Shown: piece after piece, positions 1-10,800 of the stretch
How the letters are laid out: each line of letters starts with the position of its first letter
Position numbering within the stretch: position 1 is the stretch's first letter
From: Ancylonema sp.
Lineage: Eukaryota
DNA: 20,000 nt
Direction of reading: 5' to 3'
Assembly: GCA_050230475.1 (NCBI GenBank)
Contig: JBFLGF010000156.1
Coordinates: 49,663-69,662, forward strand
Translations under genes and position numbers: made by a program
Notes under the pieces: generated by a model
The model's database searches: none
The model's input: the letters and a program-made list of their open reading frames with translations, nothing else
What the model was told of the DNA's origin: nothing

Positions 1-88
1 CACAGTCCCTTTGCACCTCCATTTTTAATGTGGAGAAAAAAGGAATGCCCACATCTTAAAAATGCCGAGTCTGTGTGTGCAAGTGCAG

Positions 89-666
89 GGTTCAAAAGTA
101 TTGGCTTGAAGGTCCTCATGCTGGAATTGCTGAAGTCTTGGCTAACTTGCCTGGCATTCCCGACAATATCCGGCTGAATCCGAGGGGAAAATTCTGGATC
201 GGGGTTCATTCGTGGACCAACCCTGTTATGGGTACATCCTTTGCCACATTTCCGAGAGTTCGACTGATGTTTGCTTGTTTGTTTAAAAGCAACGACAAAT
301 AAAAGACGATCCTTTTGTCACTTGTTTCTCGAATGATTTTCATTCAAGACACCATTTTGCTAAGGAGGAGTGGAGAGCTTACCTATTTTTATTTTAAACT
401 GTGGGTATGTAGTGGCTTTGGCGGCTCGTCCATGGGCAAGAACAGCTCTGCTTCGGCTTCCAATCGACGTAAAGCTCGTCTACCTTTTGGGTAACGGCTT
501 GCCCCATGGAGTGGTGATGGAGATGGATGGGAGCGGGACTATCACACGCATCTTGGAGGATCGGCATGGAAAAGTGGTCAAGGCTGTTAGTGAGGTGGAA
601 GAGCACAACAATCAGTTGTGGATTGGATCCGTCGTCATGCCCCGAATTGTTGTCTACGACTTGTGA
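89..666 (+). CDS. SSL: Strictosidine synthase-like / APMAP-type beta-propeller protein, last two exons (89-231 and 413-666); the 5' part lies outside the window
   Basis: Exon 89-231 follows tgcAG and reads (R)VQKYWLEGPHAGIAEVLANLPGIPDNIRLNPRGKFWIG, matching the SSL motifs YWLxG and LPGxPDNI. It ends in phase 1 at G|GTACAT. Exon 413-666 follows tgtAG, rejoins in frame (G|TG = V) and reads ...GTITRILEDRHGKVVKAVSEVEEHNNQLWIGSV...DL*, the typical SSL C-terminus. Confidence 0.9.
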
Positions 667-2190
667 ACAGTGCTAAAAAAAATCACAATGCACAACTGTT
701 TTGTTTCTTCGCACAATAGTCGGAGTCTTTTAATATTGCTCTGGTTGTTCATTTCTGTTTGTATGGTACACCAACTTCGTACATAAGAGAATCAAGAGGC
801 GCTTTGGTTATAATCGGTTTTTCGTTATAGACGCGAATGGTTTATCGCAGAGAGCGTGTATTAATAATCGCATTTGATGTAGGAGTTGGCATCAGTCGTG
901 TACACACACATTTGTCATTCCTTCGTCTAAAAGTACACTCTCTTAGGAAAGTTGCTAAATTCGAGAATGTACATCAAACCACATGACCATTGTAAGTGTC
1001 CATGTTATACAAGTTTACCAAGGTCAACTAGCGGTTTTATTTTTGTATGATATTCAATAATTCTGAGATTGCATTTTTAGTCGGCATACTAGCCAACAAA
1101 TTCCTCAAATGAATTTGTGTGTGTGTTATGAAGTGTTTGTTATAGCATTTTGCACGCCGTCTTGTGTATGCCACAGTGGAATGTTTGTGATGGATGTGGG
1201 CGACAATATTTCATTCAGTCGCATATCAGCACACCAGAAAAGTCCGACAAAAGAAACAACACATGTGCGCACGTGTTGTTTACTTAGTGTAGCTGAGGCT
1301 AGAGTTTAATCTGACTATAAAATAGTCGTGGGTATGTGACTCACTCGAAAATGCACACAATTGTCGACAAGAGCCTTCCTTACTTCAAACCACATTGTCT
1401 AGCCAATTTTTGCTATTTTGAAGGATTTTTTTGTAAAAATGACGCACTAACAACTTGGAATCGAGGGTTCTTTCCAAACGTGAGGTGAGTTGAGATACAC
1501 GCACCGATTTGTCGAGACGTACTACATTCAAAGTGTCATCTCACTTCCCGAGCAGGCATCTACAATTTACACGCACAAGCACCCAGCTTGTGCAATATAA
1601 ATTTGTAAACTTCACCACTAAGCTTTTTCGCAGATAATGCAAAGGGCTATAAGCTTTCATCCACACCGAGCGAATTGCCACTTCATCAGTCGAGATTGTA
1701 AGCTGGTATATAGATATGATAGGAACTCACAACTTCAACTATTCGAAGTAGGTACCATTTGCTAATTTGCAACATTCAGTAGCCAAATGTGTTTTCCCTT
1801 CAAGATGATTGTTGCCACAACAACCATACTTCCATAAGGTCGATGACCAATGTCCAATGTCCAATGTAGATTCACAGCAGCATTGTTAACCAGCAATGGC
1901 ATCCATAAGGTGGCAAATATATTTTGAATACGAGTAAGAAGATCATGGTATTGCAGCAACATCAATTTATTTACCCTACAACTGTTTGAACTACCCACTT
2001 TTGTATGGTCCTGTGCAGCAGACGCCTCTAAATATCTCAAGAATATAGAGCAGAGTTATCTATTTTCATACAGAGGTGCATAACCCATCACAAAAAGGGT
2101 ATGTCTAAAACCAAAACTCAACCCCATCTTGCTGCGGCTCGATTCCCTAAGTACGAACTGAAGCAGGTACGAGTCAACAATCACTGCAGC

Positions 2191-3865
2191 CTACTCCACC
2201 TTTTTCGCCACCACTTGCCCTGCAGATACACAGACTCACGAGGGCCATGAACAGCGAACCAAAAACAGCGAGCGGCGGAATTGTATCGTATCTTTACACA
2301 ACCACTGAGGATGCATCTCGAGGATAAACTGTTTCTGTTGGGCACTGCACAGATGTCATCGACATCTCTAAAACGTCATATGCCACACAGAGTCGAAGTC
2401 GTCATTCCAATAGTATTTCAGCTATTGAGCCAGACTCACCCTTGAAAAGATGGGACTGATCACCAAACTGCTTGTACATTGACTGGCGCAGCTGTTGTCC
2501 TTGGGGATGGATGACGTTGGTGAAAATGTAGTGAGCACCCCGGACTTGAGGCAGCACCATCCAGAGCACAAAGAGCATTTTCCCGGTGTAGTAAAAAGGA
2601 ATCCTGCAAAACAATATATCCCCGTATTCTCAGAAATGAATCTGTAAAGTGATTGAATATTCGTGGCTGTGCGGGCAATACAGTGGCCCAAGATAAGCAA
2701 GACATTTGACTTCACGGATGCGGCCTAAATTTTAAATAAAAACTGTATTACCCCTCCATGGTAGTCCTCAATCGATACACCTTCCCGCCTCGATACTAAG
2801 CTTTTCCACCCTTACACAATGCCACGGATACTATGTCCTTCAGCGCACCATGCAATGATTGGAGCAGCGAGAGCCTCCAAGGCAGTGAGTGACGAGTAGA
2901 TGGTCCAGTAGGTCAGCCACTGCTGGTTGTCAGCATTGTCCGGAGTTTGCAGTGCCTCAAAGGAGGCAGCTCTGTTACAACGAGAAGCGAGTAAATAATC
3001 AGCGCAACCACGACCACAACCACAACCACAACCACAACCACCACTATGCAGACATATTTACACATTTTTAGTTATTTAACTGAAAATTCCCTTTCAAAGA
3101 GAACACGGGACCAGAATATTTAAAGCATGAGCACTGCAGACACATCGACAAATAAATAATGTAAAACGAAGGCATACTGGCGACACTTAGAGAGGCAAGA
3201 GCGCTACAATTATCCGAACCGAGTGAAGATAGCCACTAATATAGAGATGTTCGATAATGAGGATAGCACTGGAATATGTTATATGCTGAAATGGTACTTC
3301 AAGGGGTACGCGAGTGTCAGAAGTGGCCTGAAATCACAGAAGAATACTGGGTTAGATGAGATGAGATGAGATGAGATATGTATTTCTCATTATTTATAAA
3401 TATCACTCAGGCGACCGCTTCCCATTCATCGAGTTTTTATTATTTCTGTTACAAGTGTGCCTGCTGAAATTAGTCTTCAAATGACACCAGCGGGCAAACC
3501 TCTTGAAATATCGAATTCAAACCCTTCACTACCCTCTCTCGTAGAAGCCGTGGTTGACCGAGTGATTGCAAATAGATTGCCCATTCTAAGCCTCGTGTAC
3601 GCTGGGAAATGAGTAAAAATATTTCACAACATTTATGGATTTGTCATTAAAATGTCATTCAAGATAGGTCGAGTGGTCTAGTATCGATCGATATATGATT
3701 ACCGCTCAAAGCCTTACATATTCAAGGATATCCGGAGTGAATATTAAATTCAGCAACGCTATGGCCACTGCAAAGCTCTATCCCTGTCACCTAATCAACT
3801 AATTCTTATCCGGCCTACAAATCTCACCCGAGCAGATTGAAGAACAGGCCGAAAATGGACACCAT
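2191..3865 (-). CDS. HVA22: HVA22-like / REEP (TB2/DP1) ER-shaping protein, ~127 aa; exons 3865-3828, 3327-3298 (or 3327-3301), 2971-2849, 2603-2440, 2219-2191
   Basis: Hand-spliced translation: [22 protein letters not shown](K)|[74 protein letters not shown]...[12 protein letters not shown]. It contains the family motifs YP, QWLTYW, WIPFY and LPQxRGA. The ATG is in GCCATGG context, intron phases are consistent (2,2,2,1), and the first three intron positions match the plant HVA22 layout as I recall it. Confidence 0.9.
3005..3043. repeat. (CAACCA)n hexanucleotide microsatellite in HVA22 intron 2
   Basis: caaccacgaccacaaccacaaccacaaccacaaccacca read directly. Confidence 0.9.
3354..3377. repeat. 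(GAGAT)n pentanucleotide microsatellite in HVA22 intron 1
   Basis: agatgagatgagatgagatgagat read directly. Confidence 0.85.
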
Positions 3866-4072
3866 GGCGTTTGATGACGAAGAGGTCCAAGTAGCCGTTA
3901 CTGACAGGCGTAGGGCAGGGGTGTGTTCGAGGAGGTTTAACACTGAGAGATGATATTTGGAGCGATCGTGGATTGCTTCTTTCTCCACGACTGGCTTCAC
4001 CTATCTGCCCCGATTCACACCAGACGCCCAAAATCGACTTCTGCGTCATCGGCTGGAAGCCGAGATCCAGGC

Positions 4073-4237
4073 GCCACGTGGACAACGTAGGCGTTGGATA
4101 TCTAGACGGTGACAGACATTATTGTACGTATCGTAATATTATTAGCATATCGAAACGAAACGTCCGAAACAAGTGGCACTTGTTGAATACCCAGGATCGT
4201 TGGAACACAGATAAGCCTTGTCGAGCTCGAACGTGGC
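4073..4237. promoter_or_regulatory. Two ABRE/G-box motifs upstream of the HVA22-like gene
   Basis: GCCACGTGGA at 4073-4082 (contains ACGTGGC on -) and ACGTGGC at 4231-4237, about 210 and 370 bp upstream of the ATG at 3865. These are motif matches only. Confidence 0.45.
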
Positions 4238-5464
4238 ATCCGTACCGGAAGTCGCGTGCTTCCCACAGTTCCGTACACCGTAGCGGCAAATATTAGCATA
4301 TTTGGAGTATCCATCACTTTTTTCCCCCCGACTTATTTTATGCATCCCCCTTTCTTTTACCCCCACCCGTTTTGAATTTATATTGACTACCCCGCCCGTT
4401 TTCAATTGATATCGATTGATATCTGTGTGTATCATTCTCGTAGCCGTACAACTCCGTATGAGCGCATGTGGTGGCGAAGTACATTGATAGTCGTACGATC
4501 GAAGATTGCGAGTCGTAGATTGAGTACGCAAGAAAGGGGCATATTCGAGTACTTGGCTAGAATGCAAACCATAGTCACTACACGACAAGCGTCTATAGGC
4601 AGACGCTGGAAGCCCTAGCAGCAGTCTAAGACCTATTTTACCTCCATTTTGATCACTCTAATGCCATTGTGCATTAGTGAGTGTGCCCGGGTGTCACCAT
4701 AACCTCTGAATCTTGCCTGCGGACTCAGCAATAGCGATCATGCATGACCTGGCTGGTAATGTAATTGCACTCGCGATTGTCGTTCGATAGATATCTTGCG
4801 CTCACTAATCTGATATCCACACATACAGCTTCGGCAGCTGAGAGTCAAAATCATTTTGCACAAGGTGTGGGGGATTTGTACAAGTGTGCAGTGGCACTTG
4901 ATTTTTTTGCAAGACGTGTCAGACAGTGTCGAAACGTTTTCGTGACAGACACACTTAACGGAGAGGGTGTTTCGACGTGGTGTGCAACAATGCCTAGTTC
5001 GATTAAAGTCCATCATGAGAAACTCTAGATGACTTCTCTGGCCACACTCCCTACGATGCAATGTCTTTCTTTTGATAAAGCGCTTGGGCAACTCATGTTG
5101 TCCTTGATTGGCACATAGCAGGTGGCCACATCCGTCGTTTGCTTATCGACAAACGACCCATTTCCCCTTGAGATACCACATCTCCACTAATATTCAAGCA
5201 CACCCCTCCTAGAATAGTGGGTTTGTCGTCAATTCAACGCCTCCCAATACCGTCCTCTTTACTAACACAAAGTCTTCACGAGAATTAGATAAGGGTACCG
5301 AGAGAAAACTTCATAGTTGAAGTTTTAAAAGAGGCTCTCCGTAGTAGATCATTTGGAGGAACAAGCTGAAGCGTAAGTGTCTGTAGTAAATAGGCAAAAT
5401 TTTGTAGAAGTATCTAATCCAGTATTATTAGCTAGTTCGTCGGAGTGCCTTTTGTCGACGAGGA

Positions 5465-6111
5465 TGTGAGATATAAGTGCTGCAACAATCTTGTATATTA
5501 ATGTTAGTGTTTGGTTTTATTTTTAGTTGGCCAAAGTTTCCTATTTAGTTGTTCGGGTACTTGTGTTGGTTTGGTGTTGGTTTTGGTTTTATTCGCGTGT
5601 GCTCATGTGTCTATGAAATGAGATACATGAATGTTGTGACTCTATCAAAGTAGCTTAGAATTGTGACAAATTTCGCGTATTTTGTATCGGTAAAAGTAGT
5701 GTTAGTGACAACGTGGCGACGACGACGACGCTAATTTGAATGGCGCGATGGCGCGCGCGATATGATATTTGAAGTTGGTGTGAACGGTTTAGATTGATCG
5801 TTCGATGACTCAAGGTCATTTAGTCTTAAATGTCTGACCTGACTACCTGACTTAGCTACGTGACAAAAGGTTGGACTTGTGATTGGCTAAAGAGATCTAG
5901 ATTTGCTTCCGGACAACTATCTTCTCCGGTATTGTTTTTTCACTTGCTTTATGAGAAAGAAGCTTCGTCTATGTGATGCGCCATATGTGTATGTGTATAA
6001 TGAGTATGTGAATGAGTTATTGCACATTCTGAGTAAGAGTTGAGTTTGGGTCCGAGTTGAGTCTAAAGAGTTTTAGAGTTGAGTTAAGTGAACGTCTCTA
6101 TGGCGTCCACA
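5465..6111 (+). repeat. 5' LTR
   Basis: Starts TGTGAGATATAAGTGC and ends ATGGCGTCCACA just before the PBS; aligns end to end with 10153-10800. Confidence 0.95.
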
Positions 6112-9100
6112 AGTGGTATCAGAGCCTCTGGCTCAGGGACCTCAGCGTACATGAAGAAGATAGTGCTAAAGGACGCAGCATCTTATGGTCCGTGGCGAAC
6201 AAAGCTTACGTCTATACTTGACGCGGAAGATTGTATGGAGATAGTGACCGGTACTGAGTTGGAGCCGGTAGAGATTGCAGAGGTGCTGAATTCTGACAAC
6301 ACTTCAGCAAACAGTGCAGAGGTAGACAAGAGACAAGCCGAAATCAAGGACTGGAGGAAGAGGTCAAAACGTGCCGCGTCGCTCATTACACAAACGATGG
6401 ATGACAGCATTGTCATGAGCTTGGACGTTCATGGAAACAATCATGTCCTTATCTGGGCGCAACTTGGAGCAGACTACAACACGATTACACCCGCGCAGCG
6501 TTCGTCAGCCCGTACAGACTTCCTTACTTTCATGATTGGAAATGAGGAGTCTTTACATCGACATCATGCTGAGGTACGATGAAATTTTGCGCAAAGTGAC
6601 CGTTCAGGGGGGTATGATTGGAGACAATGACCGTCTTCAAACACTACTTGGAGCTCTTCCAAAAAATTTGATCTTCTTCGTGAGCCTATTTCAGCAAACT
6701 CCTGCTCCTGGCATTCAGTACTTGTGGGAGCGTATGTATGAATAGAGAGTATGGAAAAGAAGGAGCTTTACAATCTAGCGTCCGGGATGGCAGCAGAGGG
6801 AGGGGTACTATCAAGGAGGAAGGGGTCGTGGAAATTTTCGAGGAAGAGGGAGGAAGGGGCAGTTATGGTGGTGGACGAGGTGTCGGTAAAGGGGGTGAAG
6901 AAAAGTCAGAGAATTGTTTCAGATATGGAGAAGCACATCATTGGAGTAGGGAGTGTCCTCAGAAGGACAGTGTTTGCACATGGTGTGGAGGGGTTGGTCA
7001 TATTGAGCAGACATGCTACAGCAACAAAATCAATGGAGCACCAAGGGGAGGAAAGTCTGGTGTTCCCAGGGGTAGAGGTCGAGGTTCAGGTGGTGGCAGA
7101 AGAGGCGGATATGGCAGATATGGTCAAGGCTCAGATGTGGAGGAACAAGGACATGCGGAGGTGCTGGTTGGGGAAGTCAGCATGGGGATAGGAGAGGGTG
7201 ATGGAGAAGAAAAGGAGTGGGTCTGTGACAGTGGTGCAGATTACCATATGTCTGGTGACATCAGCCTCTTTGACTTTCTTGATGATGTTCCTTCAACGTT
7301 CCATGTCAAACAAATCAAGGGGAGAGTCTCAATAACAAAATGGGGAGTTGTGAGGCTGTCAACCGAAAAGGGGGAAGGGAAGAAGGGGGTCTTGGAACTG
7401 CATGAGGTACTTTTCCTACCAGGAATGCGAGTGAACATCTTTTCACTTCAAAGAATTCGTGATAAAGGTGCGTGCAGCTACACTTTTGAGGGGGAACCTC
7501 ATCCTGGCAAACAGATTCCTATCTGAACAGAAAGGGGGAGCAGATAGCAACCATGCAGGAGTCTCGGAAGGCAAGACCTACTCTAATCTGCAAAGCACTC
7601 AATGAAAGGGAGGAGATTGAAGGGGAGATACTAGGGGGGAAGGGGATAAGCATGGAGTTGCTTCATAAAAGGCTTGGACATACTTCTCAGGGGGGAATGG
7701 AGAGGTTAGTTCGCGAGCAGATGGTCAGGGGGTCTGGAGGAGGGGATGAAGGGTGATTTCGGCATGTGTCGAGGTTGCAAAATGGGGAAGTCAAGCGAAC
7801 AGCCACATCCGAGAAAAGCTCAGGAGTTCAGAGCTTCAGAACCTCTTGAGTTAATTCACACGGATATTGCTGGACCTTTCGCTCCAAAGGCAATGGAGGG
7901 TGGGGGACAATACAACCTCGTCATCGTGGATGACTTCAGTCGGAAATCATGGACAGTGGCGATAAAAAGGAAGAGTGACACTAAGGTAGCTCTAAAGGAG
8001 TGGATAGCAGTCCATGAAAACGAGGTTGGGGGAAAGGTGAAGGCGATGCGGTTTTGACAATGGGGGAGAGTTTGTCCGATGCGTCTTTGGGAGACCTGGC
8101 TGAGGGAGCAATGGAAATAAAACATCAGACAATTCCAAGCTCGTTCACCGCCAGAGCAAAGGGGTAGCTGAAAGAATGAACAGAACACTCCACGACAGGG
8201 CGAGGTCGATGCTGTTGGGTGCGGGATTAGGAGGGGGCTTCTGGGTGGAAGCCATTGCAACAGCTTCTTACATCAGGAACAGGGGTCCGGTTGCTGGGTT
8301 GAGCAAGACACCGGAAGAGCTGTGGTCGGGGAAAGTTCCAACAGTAAAACATCTGCGATCTTATGGCAGCAAGGCTTACCTGTCCCTGGAGAAGTTCAAG
8401 CGAAAGGGGAAGATGGGGGTAACAAAGTGGGAGGGGGTGATTGTCAGTTATCCAATGGGGAGTGTTGGTTATCGGGTGTGGGACCCACAATCAGGGGTAA
8501 AGTTTTCAATGTGGGTGTGTCATGTCGATGAGGATGTCCAGCCAGGGTGGTGGCGAAAGGAAAATGATGGTGGGGAACTTGTCGATGACTTCGAGGAGAT
8601 AGTGTTTCCTGATCTTGGTGTCGATGTCGTGGGAGGAGAGCCAAAAGGGGGGCAAGAAAACAATCAACAAATGCCTGTGCTGGTCGAGGACAGCAGCGAT
8701 GAAGAGGAGGAAGAGAGAGGGTGACGAAAATCAATGGTGGAGGTGGTTGGTGATGAATGACGACAGCTGGGGTCCAGATGATGATGCTCCTGTTCTGCCT
8801 TTACATGAGGGACCAGCTGCTGAGGAAGGAGAGAGAAGTCAGTCAGCAGCCAAGGCACAGCAACAGGGAGAATCGGGGAGTGCCACCACTTCGTTACATC
8901 GAGGCTTACCTGGCTGGTGCAGCAGAGGAGGAGGCACAGCACAGTCCTCAGTCTATCCAAGAAGCTCTTCAAGGAGAAAACAAGGTGGAGTGGAGGAAAG
9001 CAATGGACAGTGAGATGGCTAGCCTTCGTGAGAATGGGGTATATGATCTTGTCGACAAGCCAAAAGACAAAAAGGTGGTGAAATCGAAGTGGGTGTTCAG

Positions 9101-10152
9101 GGTAAAGACAAATGAGAAGGGGGAGGTAGAAAAATATAAGGCGAGGGTGGTGGCTAAGGGGTACAGCCAATAGAAGGGGTGGATTATGATCAGACTTTCA
9201 GCCCGACAGTCAGATTCGAGAGCATTCGCCAAATGGTAGCTTTGGGGGCGTCTAAGGGGTTGGAGATGCACCAAATGGACGTGACTACAGCTTTTCTTTA
9301 TGCACCTCTTGATGAAGAGGTGTACATGCAGCAGCCGGAGGGTACGGTGCAGCCCGGGGATGAAGGAAAATTCATGAGGTTGCTGAAGTGCCTCTATGGG
9401 CTGAAGCAGTCCCCTCGTCAATGGAATCTGCTCATCGATGCTGTTCTGACGCAGCTAGGTTTCACTCGACTGAAGTCTGATTTTGGGATTTATGTAAAGG
9501 GGGAGGGGGACGATGCGGTGTATATCGCTTTATATGTCGATGATCTTTTTCTGGTGGGGAGGAAGGTGGGGAGAATTCAGGAGGTGAAGGATGGACTGTG
9601 TTCACAGTTCAAGATGAAAGACTTGGGGGAGGCAAAGTAAGTTTGGGATAGAAATCAGGAGCAGCCAAATGGGATGTGTTCTTGGTGCGGAGCGGTATGC
9701 TCGGGATGTCGTGCATCGTTTAATATGGGGGTTGCAAGTCTGTGTCGCACCTTTGGAGCTGGGGAGCAGCTCGATAGTCTCAGCAGCCATCTGATGATGA
9801 GGAAGGGGGTGAGGAGGGAGAGCATTCCTTCTTATAGGTCTGCAATTGGGAGCTCTTGATGTATTATCTTGCAACGTGCACTCGACGACCTGATGATCTT
9901 GTTGCAGCTGCTGTCTCTGAGGAGCTTAGCAAGTTCAGTCAAAATCAAGGGCTTGCACATTGGGAGGGGGTGAAGAGGGTCCTCAGATATGTGAGTAGTA
10001 CTGTTGGGGATGGGCTCCTGTACAAAAGGGGTTCACAGATCGAGGTATGGTGATACTCGGATGCTGGACATGCAGGGGATCATGAGACATCCAAGGGGAG
10101 AAGTGGCTATGTCTTTATGAGTGCTGGAGCAGCGATCAGTTGGAGGAGTTCT
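6100..10152 (+). pseudogene. Disrupted copia gag-pol polyprotein
   Basis: Gag N-terminus (YGPWRTKLTSIL), two CCHC knuckles (6915-7016), protease WVCDSGADYHM, integrase zinc motif LHKRLGH...CRGC, integrase core HTDIAGP / VDDFSR / GVAERMNRTL, RT KARVVAKG / HQMDVTTAFL / YVDDL, and the RNase H start YSDAGHAGD...AISWRSS. Split across many short ORFs by frameshifts and stops (e.g. ~6550, ~7525, ~8055, ~9171, ~9640, TGA at 10051). Confidence 0.95.
6114..6126 (+). other. Primer binding site complementary to the 3' end of initiator tRNA-Met
   Basis: TGGTATCAGAGCC two nucleotides after the LTR end; this is the canonical plant copia PBS. Confidence 0.95.
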
Positions 10153-10800
10153 TGTGAGATATAAGTGCTGCAACAGTCTTGTATATTAATGTTAGTGTTT
10201 GGTTTTAGTTGTAGTTGGCCAAAGTTGCCTATTTAGTTGTTCGGGTACTTGTGTTGGTTTGGTGTTGGTTTTGGTTTTATGCACGTGTGCGTATGTGTAT
10301 ATGAAATGAGATACATGAATGTTGTGACTCTATCAAAGTAGCTTAGAATTGTGACGCGTGTATTTTGGATCGAAATGGTTCGCGTATTTTGTATCGGTAA
10401 AATCAGTGTTAGTGACAACGTGGCGACGACGCTAATTTGAATGGCGCGCGCGATATGATATTTGAAGTTGGTGTGAACGGTTTAGATTGATCGTTCGATG
10501 ACTCAAGGTCATTTAGTCTTAAAATATCTGACCTGACTTAGCTAGGTGACAAATTGGACTTGTGTTTGGCTAAAGAGATCTAGATTTGCTTCCGGACAAC
10601 TATAGAGACGTTTCTTCTCCGGTATTGATTTTTCACTTGCTTTATGAGAAAGAAGCTTCGTCTATGTGATGCGCCATATGGTGTATGTGTACAATGAGTA
10701 TGTGAATGAGTTATTGCGCATCTGAGTAAAGTTGAGTTTGGGTCCGAGTTGAGTCTAAAGATTTTAGAGTTGAGTTAAGTGGACGTCTCTATGGCGTCCA
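10153..10800 (+). repeat. 3' LTR (second LTR copy)
   Basis: Starts TGTGAGATATAAGTGC and ends ATGGCGTCCA; homologous to 5465-6111 with substitutions and several indels. Confidence 0.95.

Larger units (their letters stand above)
5465..10800 (+). mobile_element. Ty1/copia LTR retrotransposon, degenerate and 3'-internally truncated
   Basis: Two ~650-bp direct repeats (TG...CA), a tRNA-iMet PBS, and the domain order gag-PR-IN-RT-RNaseH diagnostic of copia. Confidence 0.97.

Noticed and set aside
232..412. ORF-track extensions of the two SSL ORFs (75..302 tail and 370..412 head)
   Set aside because: They fall inside a phase-consistent GT-AG intron (232-412).
700..2190. Short ORFs (1109-1309, 1762-2040) between the convergent genes
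   Set aside because: AT-rich UTR or intergenic sequence with no protein motifs.
4738..5200. ORFs 4738-5091 and 4765-5028, and a minus-strand FVDKQT...YVPIKD stretch faintly like a gypsy integrase
   Set aside because: Too little similarity, with no catalytic motifs or neighbouring domains; cannot be supported without a profile search.
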